DNA of 57,463 nucleotides, filler included, from Jimgerdemannia flammicorona (Eukaryota): NCBI GenBank assembly GCA_003990765.1. It is 3 parts of 3 records of this genome, joined end to end, with 100 filler letters (N's around TTAATTAATTAA, not from the genome) between each part and the next. Parts side by side here need not be neighbours in the genome. Positions count along the whole stretch, not along the records: positions 1 to 19,094 come from RBNJ01002032.1; 2 more parts are not named here. The stretch is one strand, 5' to 3'. The notes under the pieces were generated by a model, which did no database searches, was not told the DNA's origin, and saw only the letters and a list, made by a program, of their open reading frames with translations. Within the stretch, counting starts at the first letter, position 1. Each line of letters begins with the position of its first letter. Below are positions 1 to 11,799 of this stretch, one piece after another. The translations under genes were made by a program, and so were the position numbers.

Positions 1-2
1 CT

Positions 3-2606
3 GATGTAGTTTCCAGTAGCACCGCTATCAAGCAAAACATTGACATTTTGTCTGTGGACTTGGCCTGTGAACTTGATGCAACTGTCCTCCTTCTTGATGG
101 TGTTGAGCTCTTCATCTTCATTGTTGTCCCAATTGCTGTCAGTCTCCTCGAAGTCAGTTTCTCCCCATCCTTCACAAGGAGGGTTGTCTTGTTTGGGTTC
201 CTCAGTCTGTTGAGTTTGTCGCTTCTCAGATTGAATATTGAAAACTTTGGAGAGGCATGCATGGCATTCACCAACATGTTCCATGCAGTACATTCGAATG
301 GAATGAGGGCATCGTCCACATGGTGCATAACCATCTGCAATTCTCTTATACCAGTTTTAATCATCTTCCTTCATGGTAGTGACCTTTTGACTGGGAGGTT
401 TGTTGGTAGATCCAAACCCTTTCTTGCCACGATCTGTCTGGGAGAGTTCAGGGACTTCTTCAATGGTGAGATCTTGACAGATTTCTTCAATGATTGCTTG
501 GGCAATCCTTTGGCCTGTTTTGACTTCAAATGATGTGTCTCCAAAATTTCACAAGATGACCTGGATTTCACCAGTAAATCCTTGGTCAACTACTCCTCCA
601 CCTAGCCCAATGTTGAACTCTTTGGCTAGGCTACTTCGCTCAGCAAGGCGGATGTATGTTCTTTTGGGAGCTTGCATTGCAATCCCTGTTCGCACTGTAG
701 CATTGGTACTTGGTGGGATGGTGAGGTCTTGGCTGCTGTAGAGGTCATATCCAGCATCAGTTGGGTGGGCCTTAGTGGGGATGGTAGCCTTGTACCATAT
801 CTTCTGTACTTTGATGACATTCTCAGGGTTCTTCTTTCCTAGACCTTCTCCGATAACCGTAATGTTCTGGTTACTGGGTTCACTTGTTCTATTCTTCTTC
901 TCAGGGCATCTGAATGAGATGTGTCCTGTCTTCTTGCAGATGAAGCACAATCCCTTTTCGTGGAGCTGCTTCTTTTCATCCTCGGTGGGAGGTCTGGATC
1001 CTCTGGGATTTCACTGGTTCCTTTGATCATATCTTTGATCATTCCTTTGATCATTTCTCCTGGTAGGATTTCTCCTATCTTGGGTATCTTTCTTGTGTTC
1101 TTGATTTCGTGGAGCTTGTGCAGCAAGGATTTCGCGGGCTCTTCTTTGTACTTGGGCAAAACACCATGAGTAGTGGGGACATCCTTGGGGAAGACCTTGT
1201 TCCTTGATCTTCTGGGTGAGCCAGTCTGGTAGGGCTGCAAAAAGGTGGTTAGCTCTGGTACCATTGATGGCCAAATTGTTCTCCTGATAGGTAAGTCCAA
1301 CGGTTTTGAGATAGGCATCCATTCTGGTGGCAAAGGTCTCTAGATCTTCTTCGCCATTCTTGTGGAACTTCATCTGGGATAGTTTGTTCCAAGTTTCTTA
1401 TATATAGGCTGCATTTCGGAATTTGGTCAGTAGCAAAGCCTTGAGTCCTGGGCCTGCTTCGCGGTCATCCCAACCTGGTCTATTGTTGCCAGGTACTTGT
1501 CCATTGACTTGAGGGCAGGCTTCCCAGGTTACTGGGTGTTGTTCCAAGGTTCGCCAGAATTCGGCTGCTGTTCCAGTGAAGAATGTGGCTACTGTTTCTA
1601 CTTGTGCTGCTGATGTGGCAAACAGTTGTTGGAGGGTGTTGATCTGGTTGTTGGTGAGCATTCCTATAGGCACTCGGTTATCATTCCATTGGTTTGCTCG
1701 GTAGCCTGTATCAACTGCATTGATGAAGTTTTCGATGTCGCTGTTTTTTCCACTGAATGTTGGGATTCGCAAGGTCTTGGTTGGTTTGTTCTGTTCAGCA
1801 ATCTGTCCTACTATCCCTGCTAGTACTGCTAGCTGGGTGGTCAGTGCTGCAATGTTGGCATCTACCATTGTGTTGACTATTGGTGGTGGGCCTGTTGGGG
1901 TAGATTCTTCTGAAGATTGTTCTGCCTGGTGGAGTTGTGGTGCTGTATGACTTGGGGTTACTTGGTTCCCAGATATTAAGTCAAAGAGTCCTGTGAGAGA
2001 GGGTAGACCAAACCTCTGTGTAGGTGGTTGGGTTGGTTCTGGGGTCTGATCTTCTTGACCTGTGGTTCCTTGGTAAATTCCTAGGCCTGCTGTTCCTTGT
2101 TGGCTATCGTCAGACTGGTAACCTGTAGAGTCTTTGTCTGACTCCCTTCTCTGATGAGATAGTGCATCCTCGTACTGACTAGGTCCTTCAAAGAGGATAT
2201 CAGTCTCTGGCTGAGTAGATGGACCTGCTCCTTGTTCAGCAGTTGGGGATGGTTGGCCTGCTTGCTTGTTCTCGTACCTAGTTATGGCAGAGGCGTAGTA
2301 TACAACTAGCCTGTAGTAGAGGGAGGTCTTGGTAGAGGTATGATGATATCTGTCAGAGGCAATCCACTCGGCAGCTGCTTCTTTTGCAGCAGGGGGTGTG
2401 ATATAATCTAAAAAATCCTGGGTGGCTGCAGCAGTAGATTCTGGGGTCCTAGTAGTTCCAATGTGTCCTCGGAGGAGTTGGTAGAACCTACGGCGGCTAA
2501 CAATATTCCTAAGTCCTGGGTGGTATGTCCTAAAGGCCTGGTATAGATCCCTGTAGGCCTGGTCAATTACAAGCTGGCGGGTCTCTGTATCTGTGGTTTC
2601 CTGGAA
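3..2606 (-). pseudogene. gag-dUTPase-protease polyprotein with in-frame nonsense codons
   Basis: ORF-track pieces 1398..1868, 1011..1373 and 549..950 share one frame. Manual read-through of stops at 1398-1400 (TAA), 1011-1013 (TGA), 549-551 (TGA) and 357-359 (TAA) gives continuous protein to the protease motif with no frameshift. Confidence 0.88.
404..790 (-). pseudogene. Trimeric dUTPase domain within the retrotransposon polyprotein
   Basis: All five dUTPase motifs are in order: AGYDL, LAERSSLA, GVVDQGFTGEIQV, QRIAQAI, RGKKGFGST. One TGA (549-551) interrupts at VIL*NFG. Confidence 0.93.
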
Positions 2607-2740
2607 TCACCTGGTCCTAATGGCAAGGGCTTCTCTGGCTCTGGTTTGAGGATCCACAGTTGGTTCTGGGGGTTACTCCTGTCCAAGGTTGGTCTTGTTC
2701 CAACTTCAGGAGTGTATTCTTTGGTGTCTTCTTGGCTGGT

Positions 2741-2755
2741 AATCCGCTGCTACCA
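2741..2755 (-). promoter_or_regulatory. Primer-binding site, probably for initiator tRNA-Met
   Basis: Minus strand reads TGGTAGCAGCGGATT, 3 nt after the LTR's CA end. It is complementary to a tRNA 3' end ...CTGCTACCA, typical of eukaryotic tRNAi-Met. Confidence 0.8.
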
Positions 2756-2758
2756 AGT

Positions 2759-3574
2759 TGTAATAACTCTCACTTCTATCCCTCCCTTATCCTTTGGATA
2801 ATTAGGGAAGTGGACTATTACTTAGGGACTTAGTACACAATGTATACCAAGAAGCCTTCAGTTTGAGGAAGCGCTCACTTAAAGTAGTTATAGCGGCAGT
2901 GCCTTATCTTTCAAAGGTCTTTCTGGTTTGCCTTCTGTTTCAAAGGTCTTTCTCTTGTGCCCTATTTCGAGGGTCTTGTTCTTTGCTGTGCACAGACTGA
3001 ATTCGCCTTGGAATTCAGGTTCAATGGGTTTACTTAAGTCTTTGGGGATTTATATACTGGTCTCAGTTCTGGCAGAAGTTAGCTAGGCTTCTGGAGTTAG
3101 TCAGAAACACTAGAGTCACTTAGATGTCATTACTAAGACTCAGGGGAATGTGTGTGTGTGGGGGGGACTTGATTCTGGTATCAAGGACTGAACTAAAACT
3201 GCTTTATTTCGGATGGAAACTGGGGGGTATTTATACAAGTTGGTCTGCAATTTCTGACTAAGTATGAGTGACTAATTTGGTAACTATAATGAGGTTTGTG
3301 ATCACGACCTTTGTCAGGTGGTTTTTGGTAAAAACAACTTTGTGATCAGGACCTCAATTACTAGGCAATGATCAGCAGCTGTGGCAACTGTTGCTGTGGT
3401 GCCGATTGTTGGGGATAAGCTGGATATTGTTTTTCCATGTCGTTTTGCATCGTTCGCATCATTCGTAATTCATATGCCGCGCTTGATCGTATGATGACGT
3501 CATCGCTCGCCGGGTCACGTGATCGCTTGTCGTTCGTCGTGTCTCATCTGTTCACGCTCTTTCATTCTATTACA
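2759..3574 (-). repeat. 5' LTR (816 bp)
   Basis: Perfect 7-bp terminal inverted repeat TGTAATA...TATTACA. Minus-strand TATA-like box (~3230-3235) is followed by AATAAA (~3203-3208). Abuts the PBS. Confidence 0.85.
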
Positions 3575-5270
3575 CTCTACCCCCTCCAGGGCCACCAAAC
3601 CTGCCCAATCTTCCAACAACCTCATCAATCTAGCAGAGGTCCACACCCTCTTCTTCCTTCTCTGTCTTCCAGCTGCTGCACCTCCCTCCCTCCAATAGAC
3701 CCTAGCAGCCTCCTTCAGTCTTATCTATCTAATACTAACTGAGGTACCTTCCTGTATCCACTCCTCCACCCTCTGCCAAATATTCTCTACTCACTTGTCT
3801 CATAGTACTTTATTATCTACCAAGGAGGAGTTGAGGTATCAATGTCCTGGTCTATCTCCACTCCTTCCAAAATATCCCTATTCTAGCAGTTCTCAATAAT
3901 CAGACCATAAATACCATTCCACCTCCAGAGACCCCCAAACATCCAGACCCCACTAGTCTGCTGTCAAAAACTAGTCAATCCTTATCTCCAGACCACTCAC
4001 TCAATATGTATATACCCTTCTGTCACTCCATAGCCCTCTGCCAGTATCTACTAAAGCACTCAGCCTCTCTACTTCATCTCATGTCTCCAAATCTCCACTC
4101 CTTCCCTCTGCACCCTACCCTCTATCTATTCTATCTAACAGTACATCTCTGACCATATTAAAGTCTCCACCAAGCACATCCACTCCAGTTCCTGCCAGAG
4201 TCCCTTCCTCCTGGAGACCCTTCACCCACTTTACATACTTACCCCTCACTACAGGATAGTAGCAAGATCCAACCATAACTAGTTCCTAATTAGTGCAAAT
4301 CCACTCACCTCAAACCAGCCTATCTCTCTAGTTCTGCACATCCCATATCTCCCCTCTGCCCTTTCTGACCAGAATCCCAACCTTGCCCTTCCAAACTACC
4401 TCTTCTCTCTATTTCTTTGTCTATTCCAGTTTATCCAAATCATCCTTGTATCTAACATCCTGCAAAAGAAAGAGATCAGCCTTCAATCTCTTTAGCCAAG
4501 CAAAAATATTCCATTGTCAAAATGAATCCCAGAGCCCATTCACATTTAAAGAGAAAATGTTGGTTGTACTATTTATAAGGAATAATGTATAATAGTAAGC
4601 ATATCCTCTACTATTCTATATTAATCTCTTCCTGAGCCAGATCTAGATCATGTTCTACAGCTTCTACCTCCTCTTCAGTCCTCTTAGCCTCCAGTCTAAT
4701 CAGAAGTTCAGTAAGCTTCCCATCCTCCTTCTCCTCAAATTCCTCACAATATTCTAGGCAGGCCTCCTGCCAGAGCTGTAACCCATGCTGCTCTGCCCAA
4801 CAAAAAGCAGCTCTCTCATCAGCAGCAACTACCAGCCCAGCCTCTCTCTTCTTATTAATCTCATATCCTTTCTCCTTCAGAAAAACTGCAAGAATTTCTG
4901 CCTTCAGTGCCTCCACCACCCCCTTGCTATACAGGATATATACTTGGTGCTTGTTACTCATCACTTGCAGGTCCACCTCCTCTAACTCCTCTACTGCAAA
5001 GTTGTTCATCATCTTGTACATCCATAGCAGATTTCCCACCTTCTTCCCCCTGAGAGTTACTGGCTGCCCTCTATCTAGCATTGAGATATCAGCCCCTATA
5101 CTCATAGCCTCATTCCACTCCTACTTCTGAATATCCATCAGTTCATCCTCACCCACCACCACCACCTGCCTCTCCTTTGCCACCTCAGGAACTCCAAAGT
5201 ATACTCTCTGGGCTCCCCACATGGGCACATCCTCTGCCACCCTACCCCTTGAAGCTAGACCTCATCTAAT
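3575..5270 (-). mobile_element. Degenerate L1/Tx1-like LINE, copy A (ORF1 C-terminus + endonuclease), interrupted by the LTR element
   Basis: ORF 4611..5105 is homologous to ORF 6239..6688. The APE endonuclease start NSTTNIFSLNVNGL is at ~4530-4575 on the minus strand, and a GGDFNMV motif follows at ~4150-4170. Many stops. The right boundary is approximate. Confidence 0.8.
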
Positions 5271-5295
5271 AAGCAGCATAGGGGTCAGGGATAGT

Positions 5296-8200
5296 TAAGA
5301 AGGTGGGCTTACTAAAGGAAGCATTGAAGACAGAAGTAGCTATAGGGGAGGTAGTGGTCTCTGTAGTATGGTGCTTAAGGTGGGACCTCAGAGTGGTTCA
5401 GCTTTTGATGAAGGGGGTGCCTACAGTGATAATAACTAAGACCAGGTAGAGGGTTGAGGAGGTGATGGCAGAGTATGGTGACATAGTTGATATTGGATTT
5501 CAGATATAGTAGGGGACCACTCTCAGGACTAGAGATGTGGATATCAGGATCTGGCTAGCTGGGAAAGAGGCCACTGGAAAGCTGAGTGACCAGCCTTCAG
5601 CTATATTGTAGGGAGCCTTTGTCTGTAAGATATCGAGAATAAAGGGGAGGGAGGAGGAGGATCTGCTGGAGGCATTGGAGGAGCAGAATGGAGTAGTGGA
5701 GAAGAGAGCAAAGGCCTGGAAGGCATATGTGGAGGCAATGCACCTGAAGATTGTTGAAGGGAAGTATATCCAAGTTGATAAGAAAATATGAGAGAGGTCC
5801 CAGAGTCACAAGTTGTAGAGGGAGCTACTGGCAAAGCTTGAGAGAGAGGAGAAGATGTCTGCTAATACTGGGGGAGCCAAGGCTAGTATCTGGGTAGCAG
5901 AAATGGTGAGGTAGAAGAGGTGGATCATGAGGAGGCCAGGAAGGTGCCTAGTGGGGACTCATATGAGGATAGTATATTTAAAGTCTGAAAGGAAAACTGG
6001 GAGGATTCCCCTATCTCTCTTGTCAGGTAGGGACCTGTAGTGAGGAGACAAGGGGCAGTAGATGTGCCAATGTATGTATAGAGCCTAGTAAATGTGATTT
6101 AGAGTTCCTGAGGTAGAGAAGGGGGGACAGATAGTAGCTGTAGGTGAGGAGAAATTGGTAGATATCTCTGAGGAAGAGTGGGATGAGACTGTGAGTATAA
6201 GAGCTGATATGACAATGCTGGATGGGAGATGACCAGCAATGTCAGGGAGAAAGAAGGTGGGAAACTTACTTTGGATATATCAGATGATGAATAATTTTGC
6301 AGCTGAGGAGTTGGGGGAAGTGAATCTGAGGGTGATGAGTAATGAGCAATGGGCAAGAGTTCTATATGGTAATAGGGTGGTGGAGGCATTGAAGGCAGAA
6401 ATACTTGTAGTTTTCTTAGAGGAGAAAGAGTATGAGATTGATGAGGAGAGGAGGGCTGAGCTGGCTGTGGTGGCAGGTGAGCAAGTGGTCTACTATTGGA
6501 TGGAGCATTATGGTCTGCAGCTCTGGCAGAATGCCTGTCAGGAGTATCATGAGGATTTTGAGGAAAAGGAGGAGGGGGAACTGAATAAGCTTCTGGGGGG
6601 ATTAGAGGCAAGGAGGATTAAGGAGGAGGAGAAGGCTATAGAACATATCTTGGACTTAGCACAGGAGCAGATGGAGATGGAACAGTAAAGGGAGTATAGG
6701 GACTTTTCTTCAAAACATTATTCCCAATAAACAGTACAACCAATATTTTCTCTCTTAATGTGAATGGATTACAGAGTTCTGGACAGTGTAAGAACATTTT
6801 CACTTAGCTTAAGAGATTAGAGGCTGATATTTTTCTACTACAGGATGTGTATTGTAAGGATGGAGTAGATCAAGTAAAGTGGACTAGAGAATGGGAAGGT
6901 ACTATAACTTGGAATGGCAAAGTGGTGATTTTGGTGCAGAGGGGAAAAGGGGATAATCAAGAACTGGAGAGACCATTTGGTATGAGAGAAATGGCTTCAA
7001 ACTGGATAAGAGCCAGTGAGAGTTAGATCTTGCTACTGCCCAGCAGCCAGGAGTGAGTAGATTACATAGATTAAAGGACTTTAAAAGGAGAGTACTTTCT
7101 TGATAAATGGGGTAGATATTCTTGGGAGTGACTTTAATATAGTGCAAAACTCTCAGTTAGATAGAACTGATGGAAGAAGGAGTGCTGGTAGAAGGAGTGG
7201 TGGTCTGGATACATGGGAGGAGGTAGAGAGCCTTAGCTCTTTAGAAGAATAAAGTGGGGAGAAAAGAGGATCTACACACACTGGATGAATGGCTTAAGAA
7301 TAAGAATTGACTAGATCCTGACAGCCAAATACTGGGGTATGGATGTTTGGATGTCTCTGGAGGTAGAGTGGTGCCTTTGGTCTGATTACTGAGGCCTGTT
7401 AGGGCAGGGGCAGTTTGGGGGAAGTGGAGATAGACTCAGACATTGGCACCTTAACTCCTCCCTGCTAGCTGAGAAGATATTGTAGGACATGTGGGTAGAG
7501 GACATCCAGGGGAAGATTGTGAGTTGGAAACAGAAGGGCTCACCAGTTGGTATTCAGTGGATAAGATTGAAAGAGGCAGCAAGGGTTTGTTGGGGGAGAG
7601 CTGAAAGAGATGTTAGGAGGCAGAGAAGGAAAAGAGTGAGGTGTGCTTTGAATAGGTTGGTTAGATTGCAGATAGAATGGACAGATTTGATAAACTCTAG
7701 AGAGACAGATGATTGGAGGTTGGTGAGAGCTAAGCTAGAGGTGGTAGAGTTGCAACAGGTGCTAAGAGAGGAGGAGAAGATACATATAAAAGGAATGGTA
7801 GCTTGGCTAAGGTGGTAGGGATATGAGGAGGGTGAGAGACCTACTAGGTACTTGTCAAGACTTCTTCAGACAAAAAGGGTGTGGTATCATTGAGATGAAT
7901 TCCTTGATGCAGAGGGAGAAATGGTTCATAGTACACAATAGATCTTTGGATTACTAAAGGAGAGGTGGAGGGGTCTGTGGAGCAAGAAGGATGGGGGTGC
8001 TGATGCAGAGGTAATTGGCAATACTCTGGAGGATTGGGAACTACCACAGGTAGAGGGTCTGGGAGATTTGATCCTATCAGTCTAGGAGGAGGAGATCTAG
8101 AGAGTACTTGCAACAACTAAGCTTAGAACAGCACTAGGAGAGAATGGATTACCTTGGGACTTTTGAAAGAAGATAGCAAGAGTTCCTGGAGTATTAGGAG

Positions 8201-10449
8201 AAATAGCAGCCCTATGTGACCTTATTCTTCCAAATAGTGAGTAGGTTGGAGGGCAGGACCTAGAGCTGGTGGCCCTACTGTATAAGGATAAGGGAAGGAG
8301 GGAGGACTGAAAGAACTAGCAGCTGATCATACTTCTGGATATAGACAGGAGGATAGTTATGAAGATGATTATAGTGATATTACAGAAGATTGCCCAACAG
8401 GTGCTGGAGGAGGAGTAGCAGAGCTTTATTGGAGGCAGACTTATCAGAGATAGGACAGCTTGCATCCATAGTATTATTGAAGGGACTCAGGCTAGTGGAT
8501 TGGATGAGAGGCTGGTTTCTCTAGACCAGAAGAAGGCCTATGACTGCATTCGGTGGGTATGGCTGGGCAAGATGCTAGACAGAATTGGTATTCCCTCATG
8601 ATTCTAAGCTTCTATATTAAATCTGTTAGAGGGCAGTAGGGCAGCACTAATGTGTAATGGTCACTAGGGTCTAGTATTTTCCTTGGGAAGAGGAGTTCCT
8701 CAGGGGGATCCACTGTCTCCTATTTTATATGCCCTTTCATTGGAGCCTTTAATGGAAAAGATTCAATGGAAGGTAGTAGGGCTCTCTATCTATGGTGTAG
8801 TGTGGAAGGTGGAGGCCTTTGTAGATAATATGGTGGTTGGACTTAGATCAGTAGTAGATGTCAAGACACTTAAGGAGACAGTGGAATGGTCTGAGGCACA
8901 CTCTGGGGCAAAACTCAACTAGCATAAGTATGAGACAATGGTGTTGGGAAATAGGTTAGTGGGAGGGGATGTCATTGAAACAATTGTCCCTGTAGGAGAG
9001 GCTGTGTGGTACCTGGGCATCTTCCTTTCAGTATATAGATCTGTCTTATCACAAGTGTAGTGAGAGAGGAGGGTGGTCATCTTGGGAGAGGCTCTTAGAA
9101 GTTGGGGAGGTCACTACATTTCCCTAGCAGGCCAGGTGGTGATTCTGAATGTCTACTGGTTCCCTAAGCTATGGTATATTATATATCACTTAGACTTTCC
9201 AGCTTGAATTGTGAAGAGACTGATGAAGCTGGCTAGGGATTGGATTTGGGCTAAGAGGTAGTCCCAGATCAGTTGGGATACCCTTTCAATACTGGTAGTT
9301 CAAGGGGGGCTTGGACTGATGGACTTTTCTAAGTATCTGCACTGTCTGAGAGCTTGGTGGCTGAAGCAGACTGTTGAACTACAGAGAGGGAGATGGGTGC
9401 TACTGATGCAGAAGGTGTGGGAGATGAGATTCTCCCCAAGGGGGTCCTCAGAGGATTTTCTATCTCTGGTGGATCTGGGTGGAAGCCATTGGTTAAGGTA
9501 TAAAGACTTCTGGTGGGGGGTGGCTGATGAAGCCCACTGTATAGACTTGCATTAACATAGTAATAAAGGGGAGATACTGTGGGGACCAGCTATATGGAGA
9601 TGAGACAGACTACTATTGAGGGGTGCTCCACTTATTGAGTTTGACATTAGTAATAGAGTAGAGTGTCAGAGGGGATTGGGTCAGGATCTTTAGTCTAGCA
9701 GTTGGCAAGTAGTAGGAATTGATAAGGGGTGGGACTGGGCAGGAGTCTGGTCATGGAGTCCTGAGGTGTAGAGGTGGCTCTCTTCCAAGTTCTGGGTAGT
9801 ATGGTAGTAGATACTACAGAGGAATATCATGTTGAATTTCTATGCTAGACATCTGGTAGATGGTAGACAATTAGAATGTGAGGAGTATTACAATATAGGA
9901 CAAGCTGGGGGATTTATACAGATGCTGGAACATTAGCTGGGAGAGTGTGAGGTTCTGGAAGACTTTTGGTTTGCAGTTGGTAAATGGTTGGGGGTCAGGA
10001 AGAGGCCAGATGGAGAGAGAGGTTGATGGGAAGATTTGAGAACTAGGTTGGTGGAGGGTATGGGCAATGAATGGCTCACTATAGGATGAGTTTTAGCTAT
10101 ATGGATAGAGCTGACTAGATATTGGCTATTTGTTTTTGAGAAGGGGTGATAGCTGGATCTGTAAGAGAAGCTGTTATATTGGGAGGAGTTGGTGAGAGAT
10201 TTACTGACAGGGTGGTGGGTGGCCTGGGGTCCCCAGGGTGGGTGTCGTCGCTATCTAGTAGAAGGAATCTGTAAACAGAGTGGTGTGTAGATGGTAATGG
10301 TTAATAATCTAGTGGTCTTTAATCATAAAGGGGTAGGGGGGGGAGGAGGGGGCCCCTAGGGGGATTAGATAAGGGCAGGGTCAATATATTATATATGGGA
10401 TAGATAGACATATTAATAAAGGAAGGAGTAAAAAAAAAAAAAAAAAAAA
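5296..10449 (+). mobile_element. Degenerate L1/Tx1-like LINE, copy B (5'-truncated, 3'-complete with poly(A))
   Basis: ORF1 remnant to 6688. EN start IFSLNVNGL at ~6745. RT motifs LDQKKAYD and GRGVPQGDPLSPILY (8683..). C-terminal Cys/His remnant at ~9875-9955. AATAAA at 10415-10420, then an A20 tail at 10430-10449. The 5' boundary is approximate. Confidence 0.9.
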
Positions 10450-11799
10450 GAATTATAATTAGTCACCAGTTCTTCTAGTTCTCCCTCCCTTCCTTGTCTT
10501 TATATAGAGCCACCAGCTCTAGGTCCTGCCCTCCAACCCATTCACCATTTAGAAGAATAAGATCTCATAGGGTTGTCATTTCTTCTAATACTCCAGGGAC
10601 TCTTGCCATCTTCTTCCAAAAGTCCCAAGGTAATCCATCCTCTTCTGGTACTGTTCCAAGCTTAGTTACTACAAGGACTCTCTGGATCTCCTCCTCCTGG
10701 ACTGGTAGGATCAAATACCCTAGGCTCTCTACCTGTGGTAGCTTCTAATCCTCCAGAGTATCTCCAATTGTCTCTGCATCAGCACTCCCTTCCTTCTCAC
10801 TCTATAGCTCCCTCCACCACTCCTTTAACAACTCCAAGATCTGTTATATACCATGTACCATTTCTCCCTCTGCATCAAGGACTCCATCCCATTGATGCTG
10901 CACCCTTCTTGCCTAAAGGAGCCTTGATAAGTATCTAGTAGGCTTTTCCTCCTCCTCAAGCTTCTGCCATCTCAGCCTAGCTGCCATTCCTTTCATATAT
11001 ATCTCCTCCTTCTCTCTCAGCATCTGTTCCAGTTCCACCACCTCTATCTTAGCTCTCACCAACCTCCAATCATCTATCTCTCCAGAGTTTATCAAGTCTA
11101 TCCATTCCATCTACAATCTAACTAACTGATTTGAAGTATACTTCATTCTTTTTCTTCTCTGCCTCCCAGCATCTCTTTTAGCTCTCCCCCAGTAGACCCT
11201 TGCAGCCTCTTTCAATCTTATCCACCAAACACCTACTGGTGAGCCCTCTCATATCTAGTCTGCAATCTTTCCCTAGATGTCCTCCATCTATAAGTCTCAC
11301 AATACCTTATCAGCCAGCAAAGAGGAGTTAAGATACTAATGTCCAGATCTATCTCCACTCTCTCCAAACTGCCTCTGCTCTAATAGGCCCCAGTGATCAG
11401 ACCAAGGATACCACTCTACCTCCAGAGACCTCCAAATATCTATATCCTAGCATTTAGCTGTCAGGATCCAGTCAATCCTTATTTCTAAGCTATTCACTCA
11501 GTATGTGTAGATCCTCTTTTCTCCCCACTTTATTCTGCCTATATCTCTTAAGGAGCTAAGATTCTCCACCTCCTCTCATGTATCCAGGCTACCACTCCTT
11601 CCACCAGCACTTCTCTCTCCATCAGTTCTATCTAACTGAGAGTTTTGCACTATATTAAAGTCACCACTCAGAACATCTACCCTATTCTCCAAGAAAGTTC
11701 CCTCCTCTAAGAGTCTCTTAATCCATGCAATTCTCTCACCCCTGGCCACCAGGCAGTAGCAAGAACCAACTCTCACTGACTCTCACCCAGGTCAATGCC
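10450..11799 (-). mobile_element. LINE copy C, 3' segment (EN C-terminus to RT start), inverted close relative of copy B
   Basis: The reverse complement aligns by eye with copy B ~7000-8340 (e.g. SGDFNIVQNSQLDRTDG, DWRLVRAK). It breaks at the KNWRPI-like RT motif, directly against B's poly(A). Confidence 0.85.

Larger units (their letters stand above)
1..3574 (-). mobile_element. Ty3/Gypsy-like LTR retrotransposon, 5' portion (5' LTR, PBS, gag-dUTPase-protease); runs off the window start
   Basis: LTR with TG...CA ends and an adjacent tRNA PBS. One minus-strand frame carries a Gag-like region, the CCHC knuckle KGLCFICKKTGHISFRC, a dUTPase and the aspartic protease motif VLLDSGATGNYI (~3-40). 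RT and integrase are off-window, so the superfamily call rests on the Gag, knuckle and protease style. Confidence 0.9.

Noticed and set aside
48..1950. Plus-strand ORFs over the LTR element
   Set aside because: Antisense shadows of the minus-strand polyprotein, with no motifs of their own.
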